Assembly (NCBI GenBank): GCA_002257235.1
Contig: NCGZ01000003.1
Span: forward strand, 1 to 44,906
DNA from: Alphaproteobacteria bacterium 16-39-46
GTDB lineage: Bacteria; Pseudomonadota; Alphaproteobacteria; 16-39-46
DNA: 44,906 nucleotides
Direction: 5' to 3'
In this document: piece by piece, positions 10,282-20,300 of the stretch
Layout of the letters: each line of letters begins with the position of its first letter
Numbering within the stretch: the stretch's first letter is position 1
Translations under genes and position numbers: made by a program
The notes under the pieces: model-generated
What the model was told of the DNA's origin: nothing
What the model saw: only the letters and a program-made list of their open reading frames with translations
The model's database searches: none

Positions 10282-12129
10282 ATGGCATTAAGAGCGTTAC
10301 CAGAGAATCTTATTAATCAAATTGCAGCGGGCGAGGTTGTTGAGCGGCCGGCTTCTGCATTGAAAGAGCTTGTGGAAAATGCTCTTGATGCAGGTGCAAC
10401 TCGGCTTGATGTTCAGATTCGAGGCGGGGGAAAGACGCTTTTATCGGTTCAAGATAATGGAAGTGGGATGACACCCGAAGAACTTAACCTGGCTGTTGAA
10501 AGGCACACAACGTCAAAGTTATCGGATGAGGACCTTTGGAACATTAATACGTTTGGATTTCGGGGGGAAGCACTTCCTTCCATTGGAGCCATAAGCCGTC
10601 TTCTCATTTCATCGCGCGTCTCCAATCAAGATATGGGGTGGAAGCTGAAGGTGGAGGGAGGCCTTAAGTCTGAAGTTGAACCGTTGCCTCATTCTCAAGG
10701 AACACGGGTTGAAATTAGGGACCTTTTTTTTGCGACCCCAGCACGGTTAAAGTTTTTAAAAACAGATGCGACCGAGACGGCGCACGCCCTTGAAATCATA
10801 ACCCGTATTGCCATGGCGCATCCCCATGTTTCGTTTTCCATGAAAGAAGACGATCGAGATCTTTTAACTGTGTCAGGTGTTTCAGAGGCTCTTTTTTCAG
10901 GAGAAGATCAGTTTTTTCAGAGGATTCGCGATATTATGGGAAAAGAATTCTCGGAAAATGCTTTGCCGCTTTCCATGGACCGAAATGGGATTCGTCTTTT
11001 TGGATTGATCAGTCTTCCAACGCTGCATCGGGGAGGGGCGAGTCATCAATATCTTTTCGTAAATAAAAGACCCGTTAAAGATCGCATGATTCAAGCTGCA
11101 ATTCGGGACTCCTATCAAGATTTAATTCCCCACGGACGCTATCCCCTCTATGCCCTTTTTCTCGAAGTTCCAAATGAGATTGTAGACGTGAACGTCCATC
11201 CCTCAAAAACCGAAGTGCGTTTTCGAGAAGGGGGAATGATTCGAGGGAGTGTCACAGGGGCTCTTAAAACAACGCTTGGATCCGCCTATCATAAAACGTC
11301 GTCTACCATTGCTCAAGAGACTCTTGAGTCCTTTAAAAGACCTTCCTTTCAACGCGAGAGCTTTTCAAAAGAGATGTTTTCAAGGGGACCTTCCTCTTCA
11401 GCATCTTCGTATGGTGCATTTGACCTAAAACGCGCGCCTATGTCAGAGTCACAAAATACATCTCCCTCCCTCACTGGAATGGACCTGCCGATGGGGCGAA
11501 CCTTTTTTAAAGAAGAAGCCTCTTTTGAAAAGGAACATGAAAATATGGCCTATCCTTTGGGAATGGCTATTGCTCAGTTTCATGAGACGTATGTTGTGGC
11601 TCAAACACAAGATGGGATTGTTATTGTGGATCAACATGCGGCCCATGAACGCCTTGTCTATGAAAAGCTTAAAAAGCTTTTTTCTGGGGAAAGTATAGAG
11701 CGACAAAGTCTTCTTATTCCTGAAGTAATTGAGTTGCAGCCCGAAGAGGTAACGTGTCTTTTACAGCATCTGGATGATCTTGCATATTTTGGACTTATTC
11801 TTGAGCCTTTTGGGGGAAATGCTGTTCTTGTTCGAGAAGCGCCAGCGCTTTTAGGAAATTTTGATATGAAAGGACTTGTGAAGGATCTTGTGGACGAGCT
11901 TAAAGAGCTTGAGACGCATCATACCCTGAAGGAGAGATTGCATGAGGTCTGTTCTTCGATGGCGTGTCATGGCAGTGTGCGCGCCGGAAAACGCATGAAT
12001 CTTCCTGAAATGAATGCGCTTTTGCGAGAAATGGAAAAGACACCGTTTTCAGGGCAGTGTAATCATGGAAGGCCCACCTATGTGGAACTCAAATTAAAAG
12101 ATATTGAACGTCTGTTTGGACGCTCTTAG
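10282..12129 (+). CDS. mutL: DNA mismatch repair protein MutL
   Basis: NQIAAGEVVERPASALKELVENALDAG, GFRGEAL, DVNVHPSK, endonuclease motif DQHAAHER, ACHGS and CNHGRP. Confidence 0.99.
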   Translation: MALRALPENLINQIAAGEVVERPASALKELVENALDAGATRLDVQIRGGGKTLLSVQDNGSGMTPEELNLAVERHTTSKLSDEDLWNINTFGFRGEALPSIGAISRLLISSRVSNQDMGWKLKVEGGLKSEVEPLPHSQGTRVEIRDLFFATPARLKFLKTDATETAHALEIITRIAMAHPHVSFSMKEDDRDLLTVSGVSEALFSGEDQFFQRIRDIMGKEFSENALPLSMDRNGIRLFGLISLPTLHRGGASHQYLFVNKRPVKDRMIQAAIRDSYQDLIPHGRYPLYALFLEVPNEIVDVNVHPSKTEVRFREGGMIRGSVTGALKTTLGSAYHKTSSTIAQETLESFKRPSFQRESFSKEMFSRGPSSSASSYGAFDLKRAPMSESQNTSPSLTGMDLPMGRTFFKEEASFEKEHENMAYPLGMAIAQFHETYVVAQTQDGIVIVDQHAAHERLVYEKLKKLFSGESIERQSLLIPEVIELQPEEVTCLLQHLDDLAYFGLILEPFGGNAVLVREAPALLGNFDMKGLVKDLVDELKELETHHTLKERLHEVCSSMACHGSVRAGKRMNLPEMNALLREMEKTPFSGQCNHGRPTYVELKLKDIERLFGRS

Positions 12130-12277
12130 AAAAAATCTCTTTTTGAAAGACCTCGTTGACGTTTTAAAGAAAGGCATGGTACCTTATCAATAAAGGAGCT
12201 TTAAAAAAATAGTGTTAATTTTAAGGTTTGAATAGGTAAATAATTTAAAAAAAAGATCAAAAAGAGGAGATAAGGGT

Positions 12278-12529
12278 ATGATTCAAAAAATAAAAGGCCG
12301 TGGATTTATTTTGGGAGCATTGATTTTTGGTGTAATCTTGAGCAGTGGGGGCGTATGTAATTTGAATGCCGATCCTGTGCAAACTGAGGTCCAGGATGTT
12401 GAAGCTGAATTCAAAGATCTTGAAACAGATTTAAAGAATTATGAAGAGGAAACAGACACTGCATTTGGGGATGCTCTTCCAAATACGTATTCTCTTGATG
12501 CTGGTGACCCAGTGGGTGAGGGCGTCTAA
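12278..12529 (+). CDS. Small secreted acidic hypothetical protein
   Basis: 83 aa; RBS gaggag; signal peptide ending LNA-DP; upstream TTGACG promoter-like element and its own terminator. Confidence 0.7.
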   Translation: MIQKIKGRGFILGALIFGVILSSGGVCNLNADPVQTEVQDVEAEFKDLETDLKNYEEETDTAFGDALPNTYSLDAGDPVGEGV

Positions 12530-12559
12530 ATCTTCAACAGGTTCTGTTTTAGGTATGTG

Positions 12560-12592
12560 AGGGAGAGTTGTTTACTCTCCCTTTTTATTTTT
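12560..12592 (+). terminator. Rho-independent terminator
   Basis: agggagagt-tgttt-actctccct stem followed by a T-rich tract, between convergent genes. Confidence 0.8.
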
Positions 12593-12596
12593 GATC

Positions 12597-15500
12597 TCAA
12601 ACGGGTGAAAAAAATCTAAACTGAATTCTGTTCCCTGTGTCTTTTTCAAGTAGTCTTTTCATCGAGGCATGACTCTCGTCACTTCTTGTATAATTACCAG
12701 CATTAACATGAGCAAGATTTGGACTCTTTGCAAAATGAAGAAGAGCCTCATAAACTTGACGACTGGGAACATCCCAAGCCGCTTTTATTCTGTCCGCGAC
12801 AGAACCTGAAAATCCTCCAACGGCACCTGCTGTGGCGCCTGAGGCCCCTGTAATCCCAGCAATTAACGGTAGTCCTACTGCTGCTGTTCCACCTGAGAAA
12901 AATACGGCTGCGACAGCCGCTCCAGAACCGAGGGTGCCACCTATTATTGTGCGTATGAGTTTGTGATTATCTCGGTTTGGGAGCTCGATGGAAAGTTCTC
13001 TCAGGAAGGGGGAGGTCGATAGAACAGCCGCGAGGGCGTGAAAGGTGTCACGGTCAAAAACGTGTTCAATATGGAGGCTTTGAAGGGGAAGTTTTGAGAT
13101 CTCGGTAAAAAACGAAAGAAGTGATCTTTTTCCCATTCCTTCAAAGCATCTGCTGAGGGTTAAAGATTTATTAAAGCGCGTCGATTTAAGGCCGTTTAAG
13201 ACGGGAGGTATCGTTGTCGCATCCAGAACGGCGTCCTGAATAATAATATGATTGAAGACATAGTTTTCAATGGATCCAAAAAAATATATCGACTCCCCTG
13301 AAAACATCTTTGTATTTTCAGGGGCTGATGCTGGATTGATGAAAAGCCGGTAAGGTTTATCTGCGGCTGTGGGGAGTTCAAATGTTTGGATTTCAGGGAT
13401 TGAGGACTTTCCGGAGCTCGCTCCTACTTTAATCCATTCGATACGATTTTTGTCTTTTTCCGTGAAAATAATTTTTTGAAGCGAAGGTTTAGACTGAAAG
13501 AGTGAGAGAAGAAACCATTTAAATTGAGCATATGAATTTCTTTCAGAATTGAAAAGGGATTCAAAATCGTTCTCTGAAAAGTCAATATGTTGAAGATCAT
13601 TTAAAGATAAGCCATTTAAAAATCGACAAACAAATTCAAACGATCTTCGTATTTGAAAGCTTCTTACGAAGCCAAGATGTGTGATTGTTGGGAGTTTACT
13701 CTGAACACAACTGCATACATTTTCTATTACATCTGGATCCATCCTCTGAAACTCAACAGAACGGGGAGAAGGGAGATGGTGATTGTGCAAAAGCGTTCTG
13801 AAAATATGATGAAGTGAACTTTCCACAGCAGCCTGCGTTAAAAGATCTCCTGAAAAATTAAGGCGAACAGTCTCAAAAGGAATTTTATCTTCTGCAAATT
13901 TACCAGAAGGATCAACGACAGCATAGAGAATTTCTCCCCGAAAGGCTTTTAAGTACAAATTTTTTGGCTCCAAGGTGAGTCTCTTAAAATCAGTGTCACT
14001 TGAATAAAAATTGAGCCTATATCCCGGATCGAGAGGACGTGAATCAAGAAGAAGAGAAAGATTAAGGGGTGTGACGATGATTTTTTCATTCTCTTCCCCT
14101 GTTAAGTTAAGAAAAATTCTGTGATAATGAGGATTCTCTGGAGGATTTTCTTCTCCAACGTAAAGAGCCGATGGGCTCACGGCTTTCATTGTTTTTATAA
14201 AGGACGCGTAGCGTCTTTGGAGTTCATAGGTTTCTTTTGGGTGAGAAGCAACCGTTATATAAAAATGCTTAAGATTTGGGAGAGCTCTTAGGGCTTCTGC
14301 GATTATGTCTAAAGGAAGCGTCTGAAATATCCCTGACAGGTTCAGATCTTCGAGGGAAGAAGGCAATAGCTTAAAAGAAGCTGGGTCAGTTTCAGAAGAA
14401 AGGACATTACAAGAAAGATCGAGCGTTTTTAGGGGGACAAATTTTAACTCTGAGAAAACAAGGTTGCAATTTAAAGGGTTCTCTTGTTTAAAACATCCTC
14501 TCAAAATTAAGGTGGTTAAAAGTGGATATTTGGAATTCAAGGAGGTTAAGCATGGAAATCCCCCCTCCAAGGGAAGAAGTGGCGTTCCAGAAAGGTCTAA
14601 TGTATGAAAGGTTTTTCCTGTAACAAAATTAAAAAATTCCGGAGGAAGACCTTTTCCAAAGCAGTTTGTAATACATAAATGATCGAGGTGGGGAGATTCT
14701 ATTATTAATCCCGAAAGCAAGCCTATAAAGTCAAGCGGAGTCATTGTTTGAGGGGTGAGCGCGTCTTGTTCTGATTCAGAAAAGAAGATATCCTGAAAGG
14801 TGAGTTTTTTTAAAGAAGACAGCAAATTTTCCCGCATCAGTTTTTTTAAAAAGGGAAGATTATGGCTGTTTATCTCTAATCTATCCCCATAGAAAGATGT
14901 GAAAGAGAGACGTCCCTCTTTTTTTAGAATTTTTTGAGAGAGACCCAGGGTTCCTGAAAAGGTGAGGGCGGTGAGGGTCCTATGATGGGTTATAAAATTC
15001 TCGAGCGTTGTTTTAAAATCTACGGGCGGGCGCTGATCATCAGAGACATCATCTCTAAAATAGCTTTGCGTTAGGTCGACGTGGGTTATGTTTTTCGTGT
15101 TGAGAGCTGTCATGAGACGCGGAAGAAATCCCGCATTAAAGGTACATCCTGTGAGCGTTACAGAAGAGAGATGTAAAGACGTCTCGAGTATTTTTAATAA
15201 AGAGGCCTCTGCTTGAGACGAGAAGACCATATTATTGATGATGAGAGAAGAGACATTTGTAGGCAGTTCTTCAAAGGTTTCAAGTCGTTGTCTTTCTCGA
15301 TCATTCAAGGCGTCTTCGTCTGGTGTTTGCTCCGAAGGAAAGGTGCCAAAACAGAGATTAAATTTATATGTTACAGGAAAAAAAGTGTGAGAGGATGCTT
15401 CCCCAGTTTGAGAAAGAGCCTTCCATAGAAATTGTCCTTCTTCCCCTTTTGTTTCCAAATAATAACCCTCAGGAGGGATGCCTCTTTCAAAGATTGGCAA

Positions 15501-17198
15501 GCGTGTTGGAGACGTGAAGGGAGCGTTGAGATGTGCTTTTTGAGAGCACCGATCAAGGCACCTTTCTAAAAATATCTGAAAATCATGCTGCTCAGGTCCT
15601 TGTTCTTGAATCCCCCACAGCTCTTTCCACTCTGAATTAATGGAATAGGTGACTTTCTCCCCTTTTCGAAGACTGCCTTGTAACACGAGAGGTGGCATCA
15701 TTGGGTTAAATTCGACGTGAAAAGCCTGACGCGTATTTTTTTGTAAAACGTACTCGGAAACCTTTTGTTTGATTTCTTGAAGAAGTTGATGCTTTTCGAG
15801 TCCTTCCTCTAAGAGAGAAGCTCTCTGCCTCAGAGTGCTTAGGGTGGCATGAAAGAGAGCCTCTTCTTGTTTAAAAGCATCTTCTGATGTTCGATGATGA
15901 CAAAAATAGATAAGGCCTGGTATCTCTTCTTTTGTCTTTGTAAAAGAAAAAGAGGGAGGAATGCTTGGAACGCCGGGGAGAGAAGAAGATGTTGCTGCGG
16001 ATTGTTCCTCTTCTTGGTCTATCATCTCCCAATCGCCGTCACCGTATTCTGAGGGGTCGTCTTCTGTTTTAAAGGAAAGCGTTTGAGACGCTTCTATTTT
16101 GATAAGTTGCTCTCCAAAAGGAGGAGGAAGATCGGTTAGAACAAAGACGTCAAGTTGGTCTTCAGAATTAAGAGCATAAACATATTTGCGCGGCGTGAAA
16201 ATTATATGATGGGTATGTTTTTCTCTTGACGTAATTTTAAGAATTTCAGAGAGATAAACGTCGAAGTGTTCTTTGCGTGAAGACTTCTTATATGGAAACG
16301 GGAGGTTTTTTTTGTTAATGGTTTTCCGTTCAATTTTACCAGAGGGCCCTTTGACGGCATAGGACAGAGTCGTTTTTTCAGGGGTTAGGTAGATCATATT
16401 TGGCTCGAAATTTTCCTCGTTCTCAGGAACATTTAAAGAGAGCTGATAACCGACATGGGTATTAAACATTCCGAGGATATCGACTTCCAAAAATCCAAGC
16501 TTTTCAGACGTAAGTGTGGTTCTAAACGAAAATCTTTTTTGAGGAAAACGCGGTAAATCTTCATAAGCTTTGAGGGAAGGAGCATGTCCTCTTAAAAAAC
16601 ACCCTGTCTGGACGGCGCAAATTTCCTGTGCGGGAGATGAAAGAGTTGATTTAACCTTAAGCGAAAAAGGGTCATGTTGAAAAAAAGAATTTTCGTGTTG
16701 CTCTAAATAAAAATTTGGATTTTTTAGAATAGAAAACTGTTCTTGAGAAATTGGATGCTTTCGAGGATTTAAAAAATCAAGGCCCGTAAAATTTCTGAGA
16801 AGAGAAGCCTCTGAGATAAAAAAATCCTCTCGGTCACGAGGCTTCCAGAAAGTATTTCCAGCTTCATCCGTTGTTTTTGTAAGAGGAACGCCATTTTGCT
16901 GAATGCCTTCAAGGGTATAGAAAATGCTCTGGGTCATTGATGGAGATGAAGGATCCCTCCTTAAATCCTCGGAGAAGATATAATTTGCGGAATACAGTTT
17001 CCCTGTTTGATGGTTCAGTCTCTCCACCAATTCTCGGCGAACCCTCTGAATTTGAGATTCGGTGGCGTTGCTTGATTGATCTGGATCCATCATGGAAAAT
17101 GCAGTGTGCCAAAATAAAAGGAAAAAGCTGCAGACGATAATTTTTTTGAAGGACATGTTTGAAAATTTCCTTGGAATACTATTTTTATTAGTTGTCAT
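12597..17198 (-). CDS. Giant secreted LRR (RI-like) protein with glycine zipper, putative effector
   Basis: 1533 aa; signal peptide (MSFKKIIVCSFFLLFWHTAFS-MMD; true start may be Met15); LRRs such as FHTLDLSGTPL, LKTLDLSCNVL, LEDLNLSG and LQHIDFSENDF; C-terminal Gly/Ala-rich hydrophobic segment. Confidence 0.8.
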   Translation of the reverse strand: MTTNKNSIPRKFSNMSFKKIIVCSFFLLFWHTAFSMMDPDQSSNATESQIQRVRRELVERLNHQTGKLYSANYIFSEDLRRDPSSPSMTQSIFYTLEGIQQNGVPLTKTTDEAGNTFWKPRDREDFFISEASLLRNFTGLDFLNPRKHPISQEQFSILKNPNFYLEQHENSFFQHDPFSLKVKSTLSSPAQEICAVQTGCFLRGHAPSLKAYEDLPRFPQKRFSFRTTLTSEKLGFLEVDILGMFNTHVGYQLSLNVPENEENFEPNMIYLTPEKTTLSYAVKGPSGKIERKTINKKNLPFPYKKSSRKEHFDVYLSEILKITSREKHTHHIIFTPRKYVYALNSEDQLDVFVLTDLPPPFGEQLIKIEASQTLSFKTEDDPSEYGDGDWEMIDQEEEQSAATSSSLPGVPSIPPSFSFTKTKEEIPGLIYFCHHRTSEDAFKQEEALFHATLSTLRQRASLLEEGLEKHQLLQEIKQKVSEYVLQKNTRQAFHVEFNPMMPPLVLQGSLRKGEKVTYSINSEWKELWGIQEQGPEQHDFQIFLERCLDRCSQKAHLNAPFTSPTRLPIFERGIPPEGYYLETKGEEGQFLWKALSQTGEASSHTFFPVTYKFNLCFGTFPSEQTPDEDALNDRERQRLETFEELPTNVSSLIINNMVFSSQAEASLLKILETSLHLSSVTLTGCTFNAGFLPRLMTALNTKNITHVDLTQSYFRDDVSDDQRPPVDFKTTLENFITHHRTLTALTFSGTLGLSQKILKKEGRLSFTSFYGDRLEINSHNLPFLKKLMRENLLSSLKKLTFQDIFFSESEQDALTPQTMTPLDFIGLLSGLIIESPHLDHLCITNCFGKGLPPEFFNFVTGKTFHTLDLSGTPLLPLEGGFPCLTSLNSKYPLLTTLILRGCFKQENPLNCNLVFSELKFVPLKTLDLSCNVLSSETDPASFKLLPSSLEDLNLSGIFQTLPLDIIAEALRALPNLKHFYITVASHPKETYELQRRYASFIKTMKAVSPSALYVGEENPPENPHYHRIFLNLTGEENEKIIVTPLNLSLLLDSRPLDPGYRLNFYSSDTDFKRLTLEPKNLYLKAFRGEILYAVVDPSGKFAEDKIPFETVRLNFSGDLLTQAAVESSLHHIFRTLLHNHHLPSPRSVEFQRMDPDVIENVCSCVQSKLPTITHLGFVRSFQIRRSFEFVCRFLNGLSLNDLQHIDFSENDFESLFNSERNSYAQFKWFLLSLFQSKPSLQKIIFTEKDKNRIEWIKVGASSGKSSIPEIQTFELPTAADKPYRLFINPASAPENTKMFSGESIYFFGSIENYVFNHIIIQDAVLDATTIPPVLNGLKSTRFNKSLTLSRCFEGMGKRSLLSFFTEISKLPLQSLHIEHVFDRDTFHALAAVLSTSPFLRELSIELPNRDNHKLIRTIIGGTLGSGAAVAAVFFSGGTAAVGLPLIAGITGASGATAGAVGGFSGSVADRIKAAWDVPSRQVYEALLHFAKSPNLAHVNAGNYTRSDESHASMKRLLEKDTGNRIQFRFFSPV

Positions 17199-17347
17199 AA
17201 TGCTTTTAGGAAAGCTTCTGAGGGGGCCATTCTATCTAAAAAAAAAGATAAAAGATAGATCTTAGATGAAAGGGTCAGAGCATCTCACCCTCCAAAAGGT
17301 CTCTCGAAAAAGAGTTCAGGGTTTACTTTTAGGGTGCTCTTGACCTT

Positions 17348-20300
17348 CTATTCATCGTCTTCTGAGGAAGGGTTCACATCTTCTCCCTCCTTTTCGACAT
17401 TTTCCCAGTCTCCAATGTCGTCATCAGAAGCCTTCTCTTCGAGGGGTTTTAAGGTGAGGGCTTTTTCTTCTATAACCTTTTTCGGTAATACTTGAATTTC
17501 CAAGGGTGTTCTGTAGAGCGCCTGAAGTCTTACATTGAGAAGGGCTTGGTTTGTTTTAACGCATCCTGTCTCACTTCTATTAACGTTGTGTATGGAAAGC
17601 TTTCTGAGGTCACCCCAGGTTCTCACGATGTCTTCAAAAGTTTTCACCGTAAAGTCACTTTTTTTATCTCTTTTCGCAAAAGCCCGTGCGTCACTTGCTT
17701 TTGCTCCTGAGATTCCTCCAGCAATGGCCCCAATCAAACCTCCTGCAGCAGCTCCAACTGGTCCGGCTACGACAAACCCTGCTGCTGCGCCCGACGTAGC
17801 TCCGCCAAAAGCACCTGCAGCCCCTCTTTTTTTTGCGGAGCTCTTTTTTCGGGGGGCATTTATAGAAAGTTCTTGAAGCGTTGAAGAGGAAAGAGCTCGT
17901 ATGAGCAGTTTAAAAGAATCTTCAGAGATGGGATTTCCTGAAAAATCAAATCGTTTCAGACTATTTAGTCCTTCTATAAACTCAAAAAAATCAGCTGGTA
18001 AGTCCCCTTTTAAACCACAGTCTTTAAAAGAAAAGTCAGAAAGAGGAGCGCGCAACTGTTTGAGCACCTCGAGATGTTCTAAGACGTGAGGGGCTCCGAT
18101 AATGTGCAATTCTGTCAGGAAAGGTGTGTATTGTGCTTCTTTTAACGTTTCTTGGACCTGAGAATCTAAAGATAAGTCTTCTTCATAACTCATTTTAAAC
18201 CCAAAAGGCTCATTTTGATCTGTTTTTTCAATTCTTCTTATGCCGCTTTCAGGACTGCCCACTGGATCCAATTCGTCTGCGGATGCAGATGCTCCAGTCG
18301 TTTTCTCTGCAGGCTCTGCCCTTAAAGATTTCCATGTCATATATGGATTTGCTGCTGCATGTATAATTTCATAAAATCCGGAAGGCAGATCTTCAGGAAT
18401 CTCAAAATTTAAAGGCGTTATTTTTGAGTTTCCCTTCATACATATCAAAGTATGGACTTGATCAAGAGAATATTTTGGCCTTAAGGAAGAAGGGGATGTT
18501 TTCACCGTTCTTAATTGATGATTTTCAGTGTGAACGATATTTGAAGAAAAACGCGAATTTCTCAAAATTTTATAAAGGCCATCCTTATCTTTTGGTCGTT
18601 CATCAGGTGATATTCCAAAGACTCTTCCTTTCGTTTTTTTACCTTTCAACAAAGAATCGTAAAAACGAAGAAGGAATTGGTTTACATCTCTGTCTTCCAA
18701 GACCCAATTTTGCCACCAGTTTATATCGTACGCAAAGGTAGGATTTTTATATCCGACTTCATACAAGCGATTCCCTTCCCAATAAATCCAGTCGGGTAGT
18801 AACTGAGAGGTATTTTCGATTTTTATCGGCAGTGTTTGAGAGGCGTGTACGAAATAAGTGCCTCCTAAAAAAGAAGCCTCCGCATGAAAATAGACAGATA
18901 TCTCTTTTGTAAAAGGATTTGTTACGTAAAAAATTCCTTTAATTTTAGCCATAAGCGCGTCCTGATGGCTTGTTTCTATTAATAGGCTACAGGTCCTTTG
19001 ATCGCTTAAAGATCCTGAAAATATTGTTACATGACTCGTAATTTCGCAAAGCCCTTCCTCCAGGGATTTTTCGAGGGAAGTCTTTGAACGGCTTTCGACC
19101 CATCTGTGTTTTTTAAGTGTAAAAACCTCTTCTAAGGGTGATCGACTTCCTGATATTAAGGAAAGCGTAAATTGGGGGGAAGGGTCTGACTGCGCAAAAT
19201 AATGCCCTGTTTCTGTTACAAGGCTCTGAATAAGATTCCAGGGGGCCTCTTTAACGTTCTGGAGTGATCGATTCTCCCACAAATTTATTTTCTTCTCCTT
19301 CTCCTCTTCTTTCTTTTTATCTGCGGCACTCGATTGAGTTCTCTTACCAGTTTTCCACTCTTCTCGGTTTATTTCAAGAATTTTATACTCGGGCACAACA
19401 TCGGAGACAGAGGGGACTCCGCTTCCTACGTCAGGCGCCTCATGGTAGAAAATATGACTCTCGTTGAAGGCATTCCCCCTTTCTTGCCGGTTCAACATCT
19501 CTATGAATCGCGTTCTTTCTTGCTGTTCGACAGAAGGGGGAGGATTTTCTGCTGCAGCTGCCCCCCGTGCGCCTGGAGGAGGAGCTACATCGGTATCTAA
19601 GACAAGTCCCGTAACGTCTTCTTCTTCATCTTCATCTTCTTTTTCTATAATTAAGCGTTCTTGTTTTTTTAAAAGAGCGTAGTATCGACTTTCCTCCTCT
19701 TCTATTTGTTTGAAAAAAGGGGGAAGCGTCTGTAGGTTTCCACTTCTGAATACTTCAATTCGATAAGGTTTGTTGTGATCTCTTTTTCTGATATTATAAG
19801 AAGTACCATTTCTTCCAGTCCAGATTAAAGAAAGATTTCCAAGAAAAGAATGAGCCCCGTGTTCTTCTTCAGCAGACGGAGAGGGACGCTGAACGTTACA
19901 GGAATACATATCAGGAGGGAGATCTTTTGGAATAAGACAGTTTAAAAAATTAATTTCTTCTGGGGTTACGTTTAAGACAGGTGTCGAGAAGAACTCTTCT
20001 GTTTCTGCGCGGCGCATCCATCGTTGGGATCCCTCTGCACGCAAAATTTTACCACTGGACTCTGGTCCAGAGTAATAGATATAACTGCTGTCGAGGGGCA
20101 TCTTAAATAAAGTTTCATAAAATCCAGGTGTTGGCGCCTCCAAAAGGGCCTCTCCAATCGTTCGGTTAGGATTTTTTTTGAGCGCAGGCTGAAACACTTC
20201 CGCAAATTGTCGTAAGCTTGAGGATAAGTTTAGAGTCTTATCCAAAATTTCAGAATACTGAGTCCAATTCTCCCACCATCGTTTATCGTAAAAGGTACGA

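Noticed and set aside
17535-17876. Pro/Ala-rich 113-aa + strand ORF (also 19464-19682 and 21039-21296)
   Set aside because: Antisense reading of the glycine-zipper and low-complexity segments of the 1288-aa gene.
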